DNA of 64,000 nucleotides, from the NCBI GenBank assembly GCA_944358985.1, contig CALVSI010000003.1, forward strand, positions 41,388-105,387, given 5' to 3'. Numbering within the stretch: the stretch's first letter is position 1; the number at the start of each line of letters is the position of its first letter. The notes beneath the pieces are model-generated. The model was given only the letters and a program-made list of their open reading frames with translations. It was not told the origin of the DNA and did not search any database. Made by a program: the position numbers and the translations under genes. Source of the DNA: an uncultured Bacilli bacterium. Lineage in GTDB: Bacteria; Bacillota_I; Bacilli_A; RFN20; CAG-826. Positions 9,952 to 19,278 of the stretch are shown piece by piece.

Positions 9952-10054
9952 ATATTGATAGCAATTAAATTTAATATTTAGATTTAAATTAGATTAAAAA
10001 TTAGATAAAATATATACATCGAACAATTTAAACACATAAGGAGGAATTTGCTAT

Positions 10055-12115
10055 ATGGATTTTTTAGCAAATAATATTCGTGATGTCGTTGTGCTCGGGC
10101 ACCAAGGGTCTGGCAAGACTTCTTTGGTGGAAGCAGTTTATGCAGTTGCGAATAATAAAAAAGACAAAGGAAGTATTGAAAAGAAAAACACAATTTCCGA
10201 TTTTACAGTCGAAGAGAAAAATCGTCTTACTTCATGTTCATTAAGCGTCGTTAATCTTGCGTATCAAAATTATAAGATGAATCTTATTGATATTCCAGGT
10301 AACGACGATTTTATTTATGAAGCCATTGGTGTTACTAAAATAGTTAAAGGTGCAATTTTAGTAATTGATGCTTCACAAGGTGTACAAGTTGAAACAGTTA
10401 AACATTATAAATTGTTAAAGAAAAGAGGAATTCCAACAATTATCTTTGTTAACAAAATGGATAAAGAAGAAGTTAATTTTGATGATGTGTTAAGTAATAT
10501 TCAAACTAAAATTTCTAAAACATGTGTTCCATTTTGTTTGCCGATTGGTCACGAACACAATTTTGATGGATTTATCAACGTTGTTGATTTAAAAGCTAGA
10601 AAATATAATGGTGTAGAATGTGTTGATGACGTTATACACGATGATAAAAAAGAAAAAGTTTTAGAATTGCATAACATGATTACTGAGCAAGTTGCTCTAA
10701 CTGATGATGCATTATTAGATAAATTTTTTGCTGGTGAAACATTAACGATGGATGAAATACATACCGGCTTACGTAAAGGGGTATTAAATGGTGATTTAAC
10801 TCCTGTTTTAGTGGGGTGTGCACTTAAAAATATTGGTATTCATACATTATTAAATATGTTGATTTCTTATTTGCCCGCACCAAATGATTTAAAACCATTT
10901 GCTTGCACTGACGCAAACGGAAACGAAATAGTAAGAAAAACAGAAGATAGCGAACCATTTTCTGCTTATATCTTTAAAACAACAGTCAACCCATATTCTG
11001 GCGTTGTTTCAATATTAAAAGTCAATTCCGGTACCTTGAAATTAGGTGATGAAGTTTATTGTCCTAACAATGGTCAATCTTATAAAGTGAATACCTTATT
11101 TTTTGTAAATGGCAACAGCCAAGAAAACACTAACATCGTCCATGCTGGTGATATATGTGGTATTTCTAAAATTGACGATTTAGAAAACGGATATACGATT
11201 TGTGATAAGAATAATGTTGCAAAATATGAACCTGCACATTTGCCAACCGCTGTTTATTTTAAATCGTTAGAAGTTGAAAACAAGAAAGACGAAGAAAAAA
11301 TAAATAATGCTTTATCAAAGATTTTAAAAGAAAGCCCATGCGTAGAATTAAAACGTAACCACGAAACCAAACAACTTTTAATAGGTGGTTTAAGCGATTC
11401 TCATATTGCTTACATTGCTGAAAGAATTAAAAATACCTATAACATCACCGTTACTCTTGGTGAGCCAAAAGTTGTTTATCGCGAAACAATTAAAGCTAGC
11501 GCTGAGGCTGAAGGAAGATATATTAAACAATCTGGTGGTTCTGGCTTTTATGGTGTAGTTGTTATGAGATTTTCACCAAGCGAGAAAAATGAATTTACAG
11601 AAGAAATTTTTGGCGGTTCTGTTCCAAAAAGTTATTTCCCCGCTGTTGAAAAGGGATTTTATGAATCACTTCAACAAGGTCTTTTAGCAGGATTTCCAGT
11701 TGTTGGTGTTAAAGCCACACTTCTTGATGGAAAATATCATAGTGTTGATTCAAATGAATTAGCCTTTAAGATGGCCGCTATTTTAGCGTTTAAAGAAGCA
11801 TATATGAAGTGTAAACCAACAATTTTAGAACCAATAATGAAAATAACAGTAAATGTTGAAAATCAATATATTGGCAATATTTTAAGCGATTTGAATTTAA
11901 GAAGAGCAAGAGTATTAAATATGGAAGAACTAGGTGATGATACTCAAAACATTGTTGCACTCGCTCCAGAAAGTGAAATTCTTGATTATGTAACAAAATT
12001 AAGAGTATTAACACAAGGCAGCGGTTTCTTTAATCGTGAATTTGATTCATTCCAAGAAGTTCCTAATTATCTTATCGATCAAGTATTAGCAAAAAATTCT
12101 TTATTAAATAAATAA
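10055..12115 (+). CDS. EF-G paralog (EF-G-like translational GTPase) with non-canonical G1/G3 motifs
   Basis: 686 aa with an AAGGAGG SD. G1 is GHQGSGKTS, G3 is DIPGNDDF (no His), G4 is NKMD. EF-G domains II to V are recognisable (e.g. GEPKVVYRETI, YHSVDSNELAFKMAA). The canonical fusA lies at 39399. Confidence 0.85.
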   Translation: MDFLANNIRDVVVLGHQGSGKTSLVEAVYAVANNKKDKGSIEKKNTISDFTVEEKNRLTSCSLSVVNLAYQNYKMNLIDIPGNDDFIYEAIGVTKIVKGAILVIDASQGVQVETVKHYKLLKKRGIPTIIFVNKMDKEEVNFDDVLSNIQTKISKTCVPFCLPIGHEHNFDGFINVVDLKARKYNGVECVDDVIHDDKKEKVLELHNMITEQVALTDDALLDKFFAGETLTMDEIHTGLRKGVLNGDLTPVLVGCALKNIGIHTLLNMLISYLPAPNDLKPFACTDANGNEIVRKTEDSEPFSAYIFKTTVNPYSGVVSILKVNSGTLKLGDEVYCPNNGQSYKVNTLFFVNGNSQENTNIVHAGDICGISKIDDLENGYTICDKNNVAKYEPAHLPTAVYFKSLEVENKKDEEKINNALSKILKESPCVELKRNHETKQLLIGGLSDSHIAYIAERIKNTYNITVTLGEPKVVYRETIKASAEAEGRYIKQSGGSGFYGVVVMRFSPSEKNEFTEEIFGGSVPKSYFPAVEKGFYESLQQGLLAGFPVVGVKATLLDGKYHSVDSNELAFKMAAILAFKEAYMKCKPTILEPIMKITVNVENQYIGNILSDLNLRRARVLNMEELGDDTQNIVALAPESEILDYVTKLRVLTQGSGFFNREFDSFQEVPNYLIDQVLAKNSLLNK

Positions 12116-12135
12116 GAAAGGAAGATAGAAGTTTT

Positions 12136-12546
12136 ATGTTAGAACCATATACCGAACAAGAATTATTCAATCTACGTCATGTCGTGGTGGAACCAGACAC
12201 AATCATTGATCGTTTTAAATGCACATTAGTGTGTTCAATCAATGGTAAGGATGAAATTATTGGTAAACGTAAATGGAAAGTTAAAGACATCAAAGGAGAA
12301 GGATATATCGGTTTTGATGCGTTTAATCATTCTGTTGAAAATGCAATTACACAAAGAATAAGAATCACTTATGTTGGACATGATTATGTCTGTGTATTTG
12401 TTAGAGAACCCGCAAAAGGAAACATTCCTCATTTGCATCGCGTTTCTTTAAAAGATAATGATTATGTAACTTCTGTTGATTGTGGTAATGGAATCGTTTA
12501 TAAATTAATCACAACAGTTAGAGAAAAAGAATTACCTGTTTATTAA
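12136..12546 (+). CDS. Hypothetical 136-aa protein, probably co-transcribed with the EF-G paralog
   Basis: Intact ORF 20 nt after the EF-G-paralog stop and followed by a terminator. I recognise no motif in it. Confidence 0.45.
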   Translation: MLEPYTEQELFNLRHVVVEPDTIIDRFKCTLVCSINGKDEIIGKRKWKVKDIKGEGYIGFDAFNHSVENAITQRIRITYVGHDYVCVFVREPAKGNIPHLHRVSLKDNDYVTSVDCGNGIVYKLITTVREKELPVY

Positions 12547-12570
12547 TAAAACTATTTAATTTTATTTTAA

Positions 12571-12609
12571 AAAAGCGAAGGAATTATTGTGTTTTTCTTC
12601 GCTTTTTAT
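12571..12609. terminator. Bidirectional terminator between convergent 12136 ORF and mntP
   Basis: Stem AAAAGCGAAG (12571-12580) pairs with CTTCGCTTTT (12597-12606) around a 16-nt loop, with A and T runs on either side. Confidence 0.7.
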
Positions 12610-12663
12610 ATTTTAAAAAATGTCATATTTTTACATAAATATTTGCAAAAAGCAGATATTTTA

Positions 12664-13239
12664 TTAAAAACCTAATGTATGTTCGCAAACAATATATATA
12701 CCTAATCCAATTAAAATTAGACCGCCTATAATATTGGCTATACTATAGTGACCTTTTAATAATTTATTTATTTGATGACCTAGTAAAACGCCCACTAATG
12801 CAATAACAAATGTGATACCAAAAATTATTAAAACATCATACGCAATAAATAAATCAAATGTCGTTAGTGTGATACCAACCGCTAAAGCATCTATGCTAGT
12901 TGCAAATCCTTGAAATAATACTGCATACCATTTAAACGTTATTTCTTTTTCTTCTTCTTTTTTAATAATATCTTTGATGCCCTCAAATAACATCCACAAA
13001 CCAATTCCAACTAATAAGGCAAACGCTACCCAATGGTCATAATCTTTTATATAATCCATGAATGTAGTGCCTAAAAAATAACCAATTGTGGGCATTATTC
13101 CTTGAAATAATCCAAACGTTAAGGCAATAAATAAAGATTGCCATATTTTGATATTTTTGATACGTATGCCATTACATATTGCTACTGCAAAGGCATCCAT
13201 GGCTAGGCCAATTCCAATTAAAATAATCTCAATCCACAT
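12664..13239 (-). CDS. mntP: Manganese efflux pump MntP family (DUF204 repeats)
   Basis: 191 aa with 6 TM segments. The duplicated motif is GLAMDAFAVAI (N-half) and ATSIDALAVGI (C-half). Confidence 0.85.
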   Translation of the reverse strand: MWIEIILIGIGLAMDAFAVAICNGIRIKNIKIWQSLFIALTFGLFQGIMPTIGYFLGTTFMDYIKDYDHWVAFALLVGIGLWMLFEGIKDIIKKEEEKEITFKWYAVLFQGFATSIDALAVGITLTTFDLFIAYDVLIIFGITFVIALVGVLLGHQINKLLKGHYSIANIIGGLILIGLGIYIVCEHTLGF

Positions 13240-13464
13240 AAACGTATAAAAGATATCATAATGGCTATTGATTGTAAATGAGACGCTTATTAAAGTTTTA
13301 ATAAGTTAACTTGCTTAAATTTAGTATTTGGAAGTCTTTTATTAAAGTATAAGGAAAAAATATCTAACAAACCCCAAATGTCAATACTGAATAATATTGT
13401 AATCATTTAAAGCTTGAATATTTGAAACATTTTATATGATAAGCAAGTTATCACATCAAGAATT

Positions 13465-13685
13465 TATATGCGGATGTGTTGTTCATGTGAAACCATTGTC
13501 CGTGTGCAAGCTACGACCCTGCAAAACGCGGTACGATGAAATTACTGCCACCCGAATATAATGTCGCAAAGCTCCGTTCGGATTACGAACGTATGCGAAA
13601 TATGCTATTCGGTGAAAAACCGAGTTTTGAGGAAATCATGAGCGCAATGACGCGGTTGGAAAAGGAAATCAATGCTATCAAGTAG
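13465..13685 (+). pseudogene. Compositionally foreign (about 45% GC) orphan gene fragment: 3' end of an unidentified protein-coding gene, N-terminus missing or frameshifted
   Basis: One frame reads ..NHCPCASYDPAKRGTMKLLPPEYNVAKLRSDYERMRNMLFGEKPSFEEIMSAMTRLEKEINAIK* (13491-13685). A second frame from ATG 13468 gives MRMCCSCETIVRVQATTLQNAVR*. Hand GC counts are 50%, 43% and 43% for lines 13491-13670, against 25% for the flank at 13321-13380. No ORF here reaches 60 aa. Confidence 0.45.
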
Positions 13686-13743
13686 AAAATTCACTGATGT
13701 ATCAAGTGCTTTTGCTTTACGTGTGATTTTTTATTTAAATATG

Positions 13744-13772
13744 TTGACAAGATAGATGTTGAAAAATATAAT
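13744..13772 (+). promoter_or_regulatory. Consensus sigma-A-type promoter for rpmG-secE-nusG
   Basis: TTGACA (13744-13749), a 17-nt spacer, then TATAAT (13767-13772), about 34 nt upstream of the rpmG ATG. Confidence 0.75.
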
Positions 13773-13805
13773 ATTTTTGCTTAAATTAAAATAGTGAGGC
13801 TTTAG

Positions 13806-13955
13806 ATGAGAGAAAAAGTGATTTTAATTTGCAGCGAATGTTTGTCAAGAAACTATGTAACAACAGTTAAAAAAGGCGAACAAAAACAACGCTTAGAAAT
13901 TAATAAATTTTGTCCCCGTTGTAACAAGTACACTATTCACAAGCAGTCCAAATAA
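13806..13955 (+). CDS. rpmG: 50S ribosomal protein L33
   Basis: Below the ORF-track cutoff, so translated by hand: [49 protein letters not shown] (49 aa, CxxC..CxxC zinc ribbon). It occupies the classic position upstream of secE-nusG. Confidence 0.9.
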   Translation: MREKVILICSECLSRNYVTTVKKGEQKQRLEINKFCPRCNKYTIHKQSK

Positions 13956-13970
13956 AGGAGAAACAATATT

Positions 13971-14171
13971 ATGGGTTTAAAAAAATTTACTGGCGAAGTT
14001 GTTAAAGAAGGTCGCCGTGTAAGATGGCCAAAAAGAGATATCATGATAGCAAGTGTTATTACAGTTTTAGTTGTTGCTATTTTTGCTGGATTAATTTTAT
14101 GGTTAGAGGATTGGGCAGGTAATACATTATTAGAATTATTAAGAGATGCCTTCTCGACACTAAATAAATAA
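13971..14171 (+). CDS. secE: Preprotein translocase subunit SecE
   Basis: 66 aa with a single TM. The sequence FTGEVVKEGRRVRWPKRD is typical of SecE, and the gene lies between rpmG and nusG. Confidence 0.9.
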   Translation: MGLKKFTGEVVKEGRRVRWPKRDIMIASVITVLVVAIFAGLILWLEDWAGNTLLELLRDAFSTLNK

Positions 14172-14192
14172 TTGTAGGAGTAGGAGAGAGTT

Positions 14193-14798
14193 ATGAGCCA
14201 AAATCAAGGTGTATTATTAGATACTAATCCAGAACACAAAAGCGGTTTAGGTGAAAAAGAATGGTATGTTGTTAATACTTATTCTACTCATGAAAAGAAA
14301 GTCCAAGACAACCTTATAAAACGTGTTGAATCAATGGGACTACAAGATTTGGTATTCCGTATTATAGTTCCAGAAGAAGAAGTACCAGTAATGAAAGATG
14401 GCAAACCAACTGGAAAAACAAGAATGAAAATTATTTATTCCGGTTATGTTTTTGTTGAAATGATTATGACTGATTATGCTTGGTATGTCGTAAGAAACAC
14501 TCCAGGTGTTACTGGTTTCGTTGGTTCTTCTGGAAAAGGCACAAAGCCATTCCCAATTCCACGTGAACAAATTGAACCTGTTTTAAAAAGAATGGGTGTT
14601 GTTGATGATTCCATGTATGATCGTTATAAAGAAGGCGATTATGTTAAAATTATCAATGGACCATTTGAAGGTACTGAAGGAAAAATCATTTCTATTGATA
14701 AAGAAAAAGGAATGGTTGTTGTTGAAGCGACATTCTTTGGTAGAGCTTCGACATTTGATGTTGAATTTTCAAACATTGAAAAATCCAATATATTATAA
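14193..14798 (+). CDS. nusG: Transcription termination/antitermination factor NusG
   Basis: 201 aa. The NGN domain shows KEWYVVNTYSTHEKKV and the C-terminal KOW shows GDYVKIINGPFEGTEGKIISID. Confidence 0.95.
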   Translation: MSQNQGVLLDTNPEHKSGLGEKEWYVVNTYSTHEKKVQDNLIKRVESMGLQDLVFRIIVPEEEVPVMKDGKPTGKTRMKIIYSGYVFVEMIMTDYAWYVVRNTPGVTGFVGSSGKGTKPFPIPREQIEPVLKRMGVVDDSMYDRYKEGDYVKIINGPFEGTEGKIISIDKEKGMVVVEATFFGRASTFDVEFSNIEKSNIL

Positions 14799-14823
14799 TC
14801 AATAATATAAGATAAACTTGATA

Positions 14824-14848
14824 GGCTGTCTCATTGACAGCCTTTTTT
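14824..14848 (+). terminator. Rho-independent terminator after nusG
   Basis: GGCTGTC (14824-14830) pairs with GACAGCC (14836-14842) around a 5-nt loop, followed by TTTTTT. Confidence 0.8.
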
Positions 14849-14916
14849 AATACATTTGCTTGACAAATGTAATCTAACGGCGTATCTTTTGCTTATGTTT
14901 AAGGGAGGTCTTAAAG

Positions 14917-17346
14917 ATGAAAAAAGTACTTAGTGCAGTAGCAGTAGTCGCCTTAATGACTGGAGCCTTAGTCGGATGTACTCCAACCGAAAGTTCTAGT
15001 TCAATGTCTCAATCGTCTACTACTACATCATCGCAACCAAATCCTGTTGTTACTGATTACGCAGTCGGTATTAATAAAGGTGAGGGTGTCGATGTTACTT
15101 TAGTTACCAGCGCAAAAGAAAATGGTTTATATGCAGCTGGAAGCAGTGTTGAATTTAGTGTTGTCCTAACAAATGATCTATACGAAATTGTAAGTGTCAG
15201 TGTTAGCGACACAAATGTTGTTAAACTTGAAAACAACAATTATTCATTTGTTATGCCTAATAAAGACACAACAATTACTGTCGCTACCAATTCAATTGGT
15301 GATGGTAGTTTATTAAACGTCAGCGATGTCAAACAAGAAGATGTTCCTACTTCTTATGACACATTAAAAGAAAGATTAGCATATGCAAGTGCTGTTGAAG
15401 GAACTTATATGAAATCCGCGACTTTGGATTCAACATATGATTTCGATACAGATGATATTACTCATTATGAAGTAGTAGCAGGCAAAAATAATGTTTTAAT
15501 GATGAATGGTTATACATTATCTAGTGATACTTCTACGATTAGCGAACATCTTTCTGTTCAACGTGGAATGTATGATGAAGAACATTATTATTCAATTACA
15601 ACTAGTTCTAGTTATCAATCATTAAGTGTTGAGCCTGAATTTAAATTAGTGGTAGCAGATCCAACTTTACAAGAAGGCGAAGAAGCTCCAACTTTAGATG
15701 ACAACCACATGTATCAAAGCCAAGCTAATAAATTAGTGTCTAGCTATGGTTTAGTCGATTTATTAGTGGAAGAATTTTTCACAAATGATGAATTTGGTGA
15801 TAGATATTCCTATGATGAAGTTGAGGTTTCTAGTCAAGTAAATAGTGATAAAAAAACTTACACCACAACTGTTTATGGAACTTATGTTGGATATTCATCT
15901 TATCGTATTGGTGAAATGTTGTTAACATTTGATGGTGATGGTTTCTTAAATTCCGCTCATTACACAAGAACTGAATATGACATCAATGATTACAATGAAG
16001 CATTGGGTGAATTAGCAAGTGATGCTACTCCAATTTTAGATGTTTATACCAACTTTGACTTTGTTCGTGGATACAAACTACATGTCGAACCAGTTCTTGA
16101 TCCAACATATTATGCACCTAGCAATTATGATGTTAGAACATATATGAAAGTTGATGGCGTTTCTGAATATTTAGCAGTGGCAGATGGCACTGTTGAAGCA
16201 GGCTCTAAATTATCATTTGGATTTACTGTTAAAGATGATAATCCATGGGTTAACGCTCCAATTTTAGTTGGTGGAACAGAAGGATTTGTCGAAGTTAATG
16301 GTCAAGAAGCTCGTATTTTAAAAGAAGGTAGCTTTGAATTATATTTTGATAATGGTTTAGGTGAAATTAAGACTGTTGCACTTACTTCTACACCTGCTCA
16401 ACCACACGTTATTTCTACATCTTTAACAAATGGTTCTACCATTTTCACTGAGCAAGAAACAGACTTAGCAGTTTCTATTTTACCTGCTGAAGCTTCACAA
16501 GATGTGACAGTAGTAGTGGATGAATCAAGTTCTATTCAAGCCAATATTGTCGATAAAGGTAATGGCGTATTTGGCATAACACCTGCTTCAGTTGGCGATT
16601 TATCATTATTAATTACATCTAGTGCTAATCCAGAATTAAGCGTAGTTCTTCAATTGGTCGCTAGTGAAAAACCAGATGTTGAAGTTATTAAAGAAAAATT
16701 GTTCACAATGTCTTTAAAAGGTGATGCTTATTATAGCGATCATACAATTACCTTTGAAGAAAATGGACGTGGATATTATCAAGTCGATAGCGGTGATCCA
16801 ATTTCATTTACTTGGGAAATCGATGAAGTCAATTTAACTATTGATACAGTATTTGATAATCCATCTGACACAACTGGAGGATTCTCTCCATTTACTAATC
16901 TTGTAATTGTTGATGAAAACAACTTATTCGCTGTTGCCCATTATTATGGTAGCGATTATGATATGGATTTAGTATTTGGTGATCGTGTTGATTTTAGAGT
17001 TCCTGAAAGCGCTAGTGAAATTACATCTATTTTAACATCCAATACATTAAATTATTCTGAATATACTGATGAATACTGGGTCAATTTCAATAGCGATAAC
17101 ACAGGCATTATGCACGTTGATGAAGATGGAACTGATTATTATTCAACTTTTACTTGGTCAGTTGATGAAACAACATTAGAAGTTACCATCACACCAGATG
17201 ATGATTCCGCTCGTTATAATATTGAAGAAGTTTCTTTTGCTTCAATCTCATCAGTAAGTTTATCTATTAGTTACAATGGCGGTAGTGCTTATAGTTATGA
17301 TTTTGCACTTATCACAAGAACCACTATCGAACAACCACAAGCGTAA
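14917..17346 (+). CDS. Lipoprotein, member 1 of a four-gene paralogous cluster (809 aa)
   Basis: GGGAGG SD. Signal peptide plus lipobox is ..MTGALVGC, followed by the Ser/Thr tether TPTESSSSMSQSSTTTSSQ. An Ig-like segment is present. The family core motif is LLTFDGDGFL. Two C-terminal lipocalin-like modules carry ..ISFTWEIDEVNLTI and ..STFTWSVDETTLEVTI. Confidence 0.75.
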   Translation: MKKVLSAVAVVALMTGALVGCTPTESSSSMSQSSTTTSSQPNPVVTDYAVGINKGEGVDVTLVTSAKENGLYAAGSSVEFSVVLTNDLYEIVSVSVSDTNVVKLENNNYSFVMPNKDTTITVATNSIGDGSLLNVSDVKQEDVPTSYDTLKERLAYASAVEGTYMKSATLDSTYDFDTDDITHYEVVAGKNNVLMMNGYTLSSDTSTISEHLSVQRGMYDEEHYYSITTSSSYQSLSVEPEFKLVVADPTLQEGEEAPTLDDNHMYQSQANKLVSSYGLVDLLVEEFFTNDEFGDRYSYDEVEVSSQVNSDKKTYTTTVYGTYVGYSSYRIGEMLLTFDGDGFLNSAHYTRTEYDINDYNEALGELASDATPILDVYTNFDFVRGYKLHVEPVLDPTYYAPSNYDVRTYMKVDGVSEYLAVADGTVEAGSKLSFGFTVKDDNPWVNAPILVGGTEGFVEVNGQEARILKEGSFELYFDNGLGEIKTVALTSTPAQPHVISTSLTNGSTIFTEQETDLAVSILPAEASQDVTVVVDESSSIQANIVDKGNGVFGITPASVGDLSLLITSSANPELSVVLQLVASEKPDVEVIKEKLFTMSLKGDAYYSDHTITFEENGRGYYQVDSGDPISFTWEIDEVNLTIDTVFDNPSDTTGGFSPFTNLVIVDENNLFAVAHYYGSDYDMDLVFGDRVDFRVPESASEITSILTSNTLNYSEYTDEYWVNFNSDNTGIMHVDEDGTDYYSTFTWSVDETTLEVTITPDDDSARYNIEEVSFASISSVSLSISYNGGSAYSYDFALITRTTIEQPQA

Positions 17347-17369
17347 CTAAATATTAATATTTAAAACAT

Positions 17370-17399
17370 CAAAGACGTCTTCTTTTGAAGGCGTCTTTG
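17370..17399 (+). terminator. Strong hairpin between lipoprotein genes 1 and 2 (possible attenuating terminator or RNA-stability element)
   Basis: CAAAGACG-T-CTTC-TTTT-GAAG-G-CGTCTTTG at 17370-17399. No T-run follows, so termination efficiency is uncertain. Confidence 0.4.
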
Positions 17400-17435
17400 A
17401 TTACTATACGTAGAAAAATAGGAGAGAAACAATAC

Positions 17436-19274
17436 ATGCATATAAAAAAAGTAGCACTACTAGTTGCAACTTCACTTCTTTTAGTCGGTTGTAACAATAA
17501 TGATACATCTAGTTCAAGCATAATAAATTCATCTACATCTTCTTCAACTTCGAGTTCCAATAAAGATATATTGCCAAATATTGATGTTTTTCATTCGATA
17601 ACTGATATATTTGCATATTTAGAAACTGATGGTCTTGATTTAGAAGTTGAAAATGGTGTTTCGTTTGAAAAAAACATGTCTCAATTTGAACAAACGCAAT
17701 ACTCATCTACAACTATCAGCGATGTTTCAAGCGGTATATCTTATTTTGATACCACGCTTACTGTAAACGGGACACAAACAACAACACGCAACAATGGTGT
17801 AAATGAAACAACTCAAAAAGACAATTATAAAGGAATCACAACTTTATTAGATAATAAAATTTATTCAATTGTTGATTTTGAAAACGGAAAAGAAAACGAT
17901 TATGCAACAAGCGTTGATTTTACATCCTCTATGTCTAATTATTTATTAGAATTGACATCTGTTAACGCTGTCAGCACTTTGTTAAGTTATTATGATACAT
18001 ATTTATCTGATCAAATTATCAAAGGATTTGATGATATTGAACCTACTATCGATACAACAAACGGCTCTTTTTCATATCAAATAAAACAATCATGGACAAA
18101 AACTATTTCTTCTATTGATTTTGGCTTTGCCTGTAATATTGATATCTTATTTGATAAAGATGGAAATTTGTTAGAATTTGATTTTGAATATTCTGAACAT
18201 CAATTTATTATTGATGAAGTAACAGGAGATACAACTGAAGAAAGTTTTGTTATCTATTCAATAAATGATAATACTACAGTCACATTAGGGACAAAACAAA
18301 CATATAACAATGATTTTTTAAATCCATTAGATTATTTTATGACTGACTTTGTTCCTGCAATTTATGCTTATGAAGTAAGTGGTGAAACGCCTATTCTTCA
18401 AGATAATGAATCAATTGCTTATGATCGTTATTTAATTGCACAAGTTAAAGAAGTTACACCTATTAACGCTTTAGATACTGATTTAACAATTAGCGCTAGT
18501 TCAAATAGCAATGTTATAAGAGTTAGTAATGGCATTGCTAGCAGTGTCGGAGAAGGCACGACAACATTAACTATTACTAATGAAAACAAAACCATTAGCA
18601 AAACATTGCAAGTTACAGTCAAAGCTCCTAGTATGGAAAGAATTGAAGCTAATATTTATTCACAATATCATTACTTAAATGATACAGAAGATATTTATGT
18701 TACAGTTTATCCTGATAACACATTAGATTCTTTTGAAATTATTAATAACACTCCTGAAACTGCAAAGTTGAACGGACCAGATGAAAACAATTACTATAGT
18801 GTAACAAATATTGCACTTGGTGATGTTAGATTAACCGTTAGATGTGTAAATAATCCTGACATTTCCACTACAATAGAATATGAAGTAATTGAACAAAAAT
18901 CAAAAGAAGAAGTTATTGCAAATTTAATTGGTACTTGGTATGGTCCAATGTTAGACCAAAACAATGAAAATTATATTGAAAACGCTGCAAAAATTGAGTT
19001 TTTTGATGATAACAGCGGACAATTCACTTGTCAAAGCGATAATACAGGCATGTTATTTGTCCCAAATCAACCATATCAATTCACTTGGTCAGTTAATGAA
19101 AATAGTAGCTATACAGATCGTGTAGAAATTCTTATTTCTGAAATAACCGCTGACTGGACAGTTTATGACTATAACACGATGTGGCTATGGCTTGATGGGA
19201 AAAGTGCATATCTTCAACTTACTTGCACTGATTTCTTTGGTGCAAATGTTTTAAGTGATTTAGTAAAGGAGTAA
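17436..19274 (+). CDS. Lipoprotein, paralog cluster member 2 (612 aa from ATG 17436)
   Basis: ORF track 17385..19274; the ATG at 17436 with an AGGAGA SD is preferred. Lipobox is SLLLVGC and the tether is NNNDTSSSSIINSSTSSSTSSS. The core motif is DILFDKDGNLL. The Big_2-like Ig domain reads ISASSNSNVIRVSNG..GEGTTTLTITNENKTISKTLQVTV. The C-terminal module carries YQFTWSVNE. Confidence 0.75.
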   Translation: MHIKKVALLVATSLLLVGCNNNDTSSSSIINSSTSSSTSSSNKDILPNIDVFHSITDIFAYLETDGLDLEVENGVSFEKNMSQFEQTQYSSTTISDVSSGISYFDTTLTVNGTQTTTRNNGVNETTQKDNYKGITTLLDNKIYSIVDFENGKENDYATSVDFTSSMSNYLLELTSVNAVSTLLSYYDTYLSDQIIKGFDDIEPTIDTTNGSFSYQIKQSWTKTISSIDFGFACNIDILFDKDGNLLEFDFEYSEHQFIIDEVTGDTTEESFVIYSINDNTTVTLGTKQTYNNDFLNPLDYFMTDFVPAIYAYEVSGETPILQDNESIAYDRYLIAQVKEVTPINALDTDLTISASSNSNVIRVSNGIASSVGEGTTTLTITNENKTISKTLQVTVKAPSMERIEANIYSQYHYLNDTEDIYVTVYPDNTLDSFEIINNTPETAKLNGPDENNYYSVTNIALGDVRLTVRCVNNPDISTTIEYEVIEQKSKEEVIANLIGTWYGPMLDQNNENYIENAAKIEFFDDNSGQFTCQSDNTGMLFVPNQPYQFTWSVNENSSYTDRVEILISEITADWTVYDYNTMWLWLDGKSAYLQLTCTDFFGANVLSDLVKE

Positions 19275-19278
19275 AAAC

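Noticed and set aside
9978-10016. Three TTAGAT repeats phased 11-12 bp apart upstream of the EF-G paralog
   Set aside because: They are most simply an AT-rich promoter region. TTAGAT at 9989-9994 serves as a weak -35, 16 nt from TATATA at 10011-10016. Short AT-rich repeats at helical phasing are expected by chance in DNA of this composition.
13240-13460. Looked for a yybP-ykoY manganese riboswitch upstream of mntP (minus strand)
   Set aside because: The conserved GGGGAGUAG/GGAGAGUAG and UUGACAUA-type cores are absent, and the region is about 25% GC with no four-way-junction-like pairing. Only a TTGACA promoter-like hexamer and a 9-2-9 palindrome were seen; these are reported separately.
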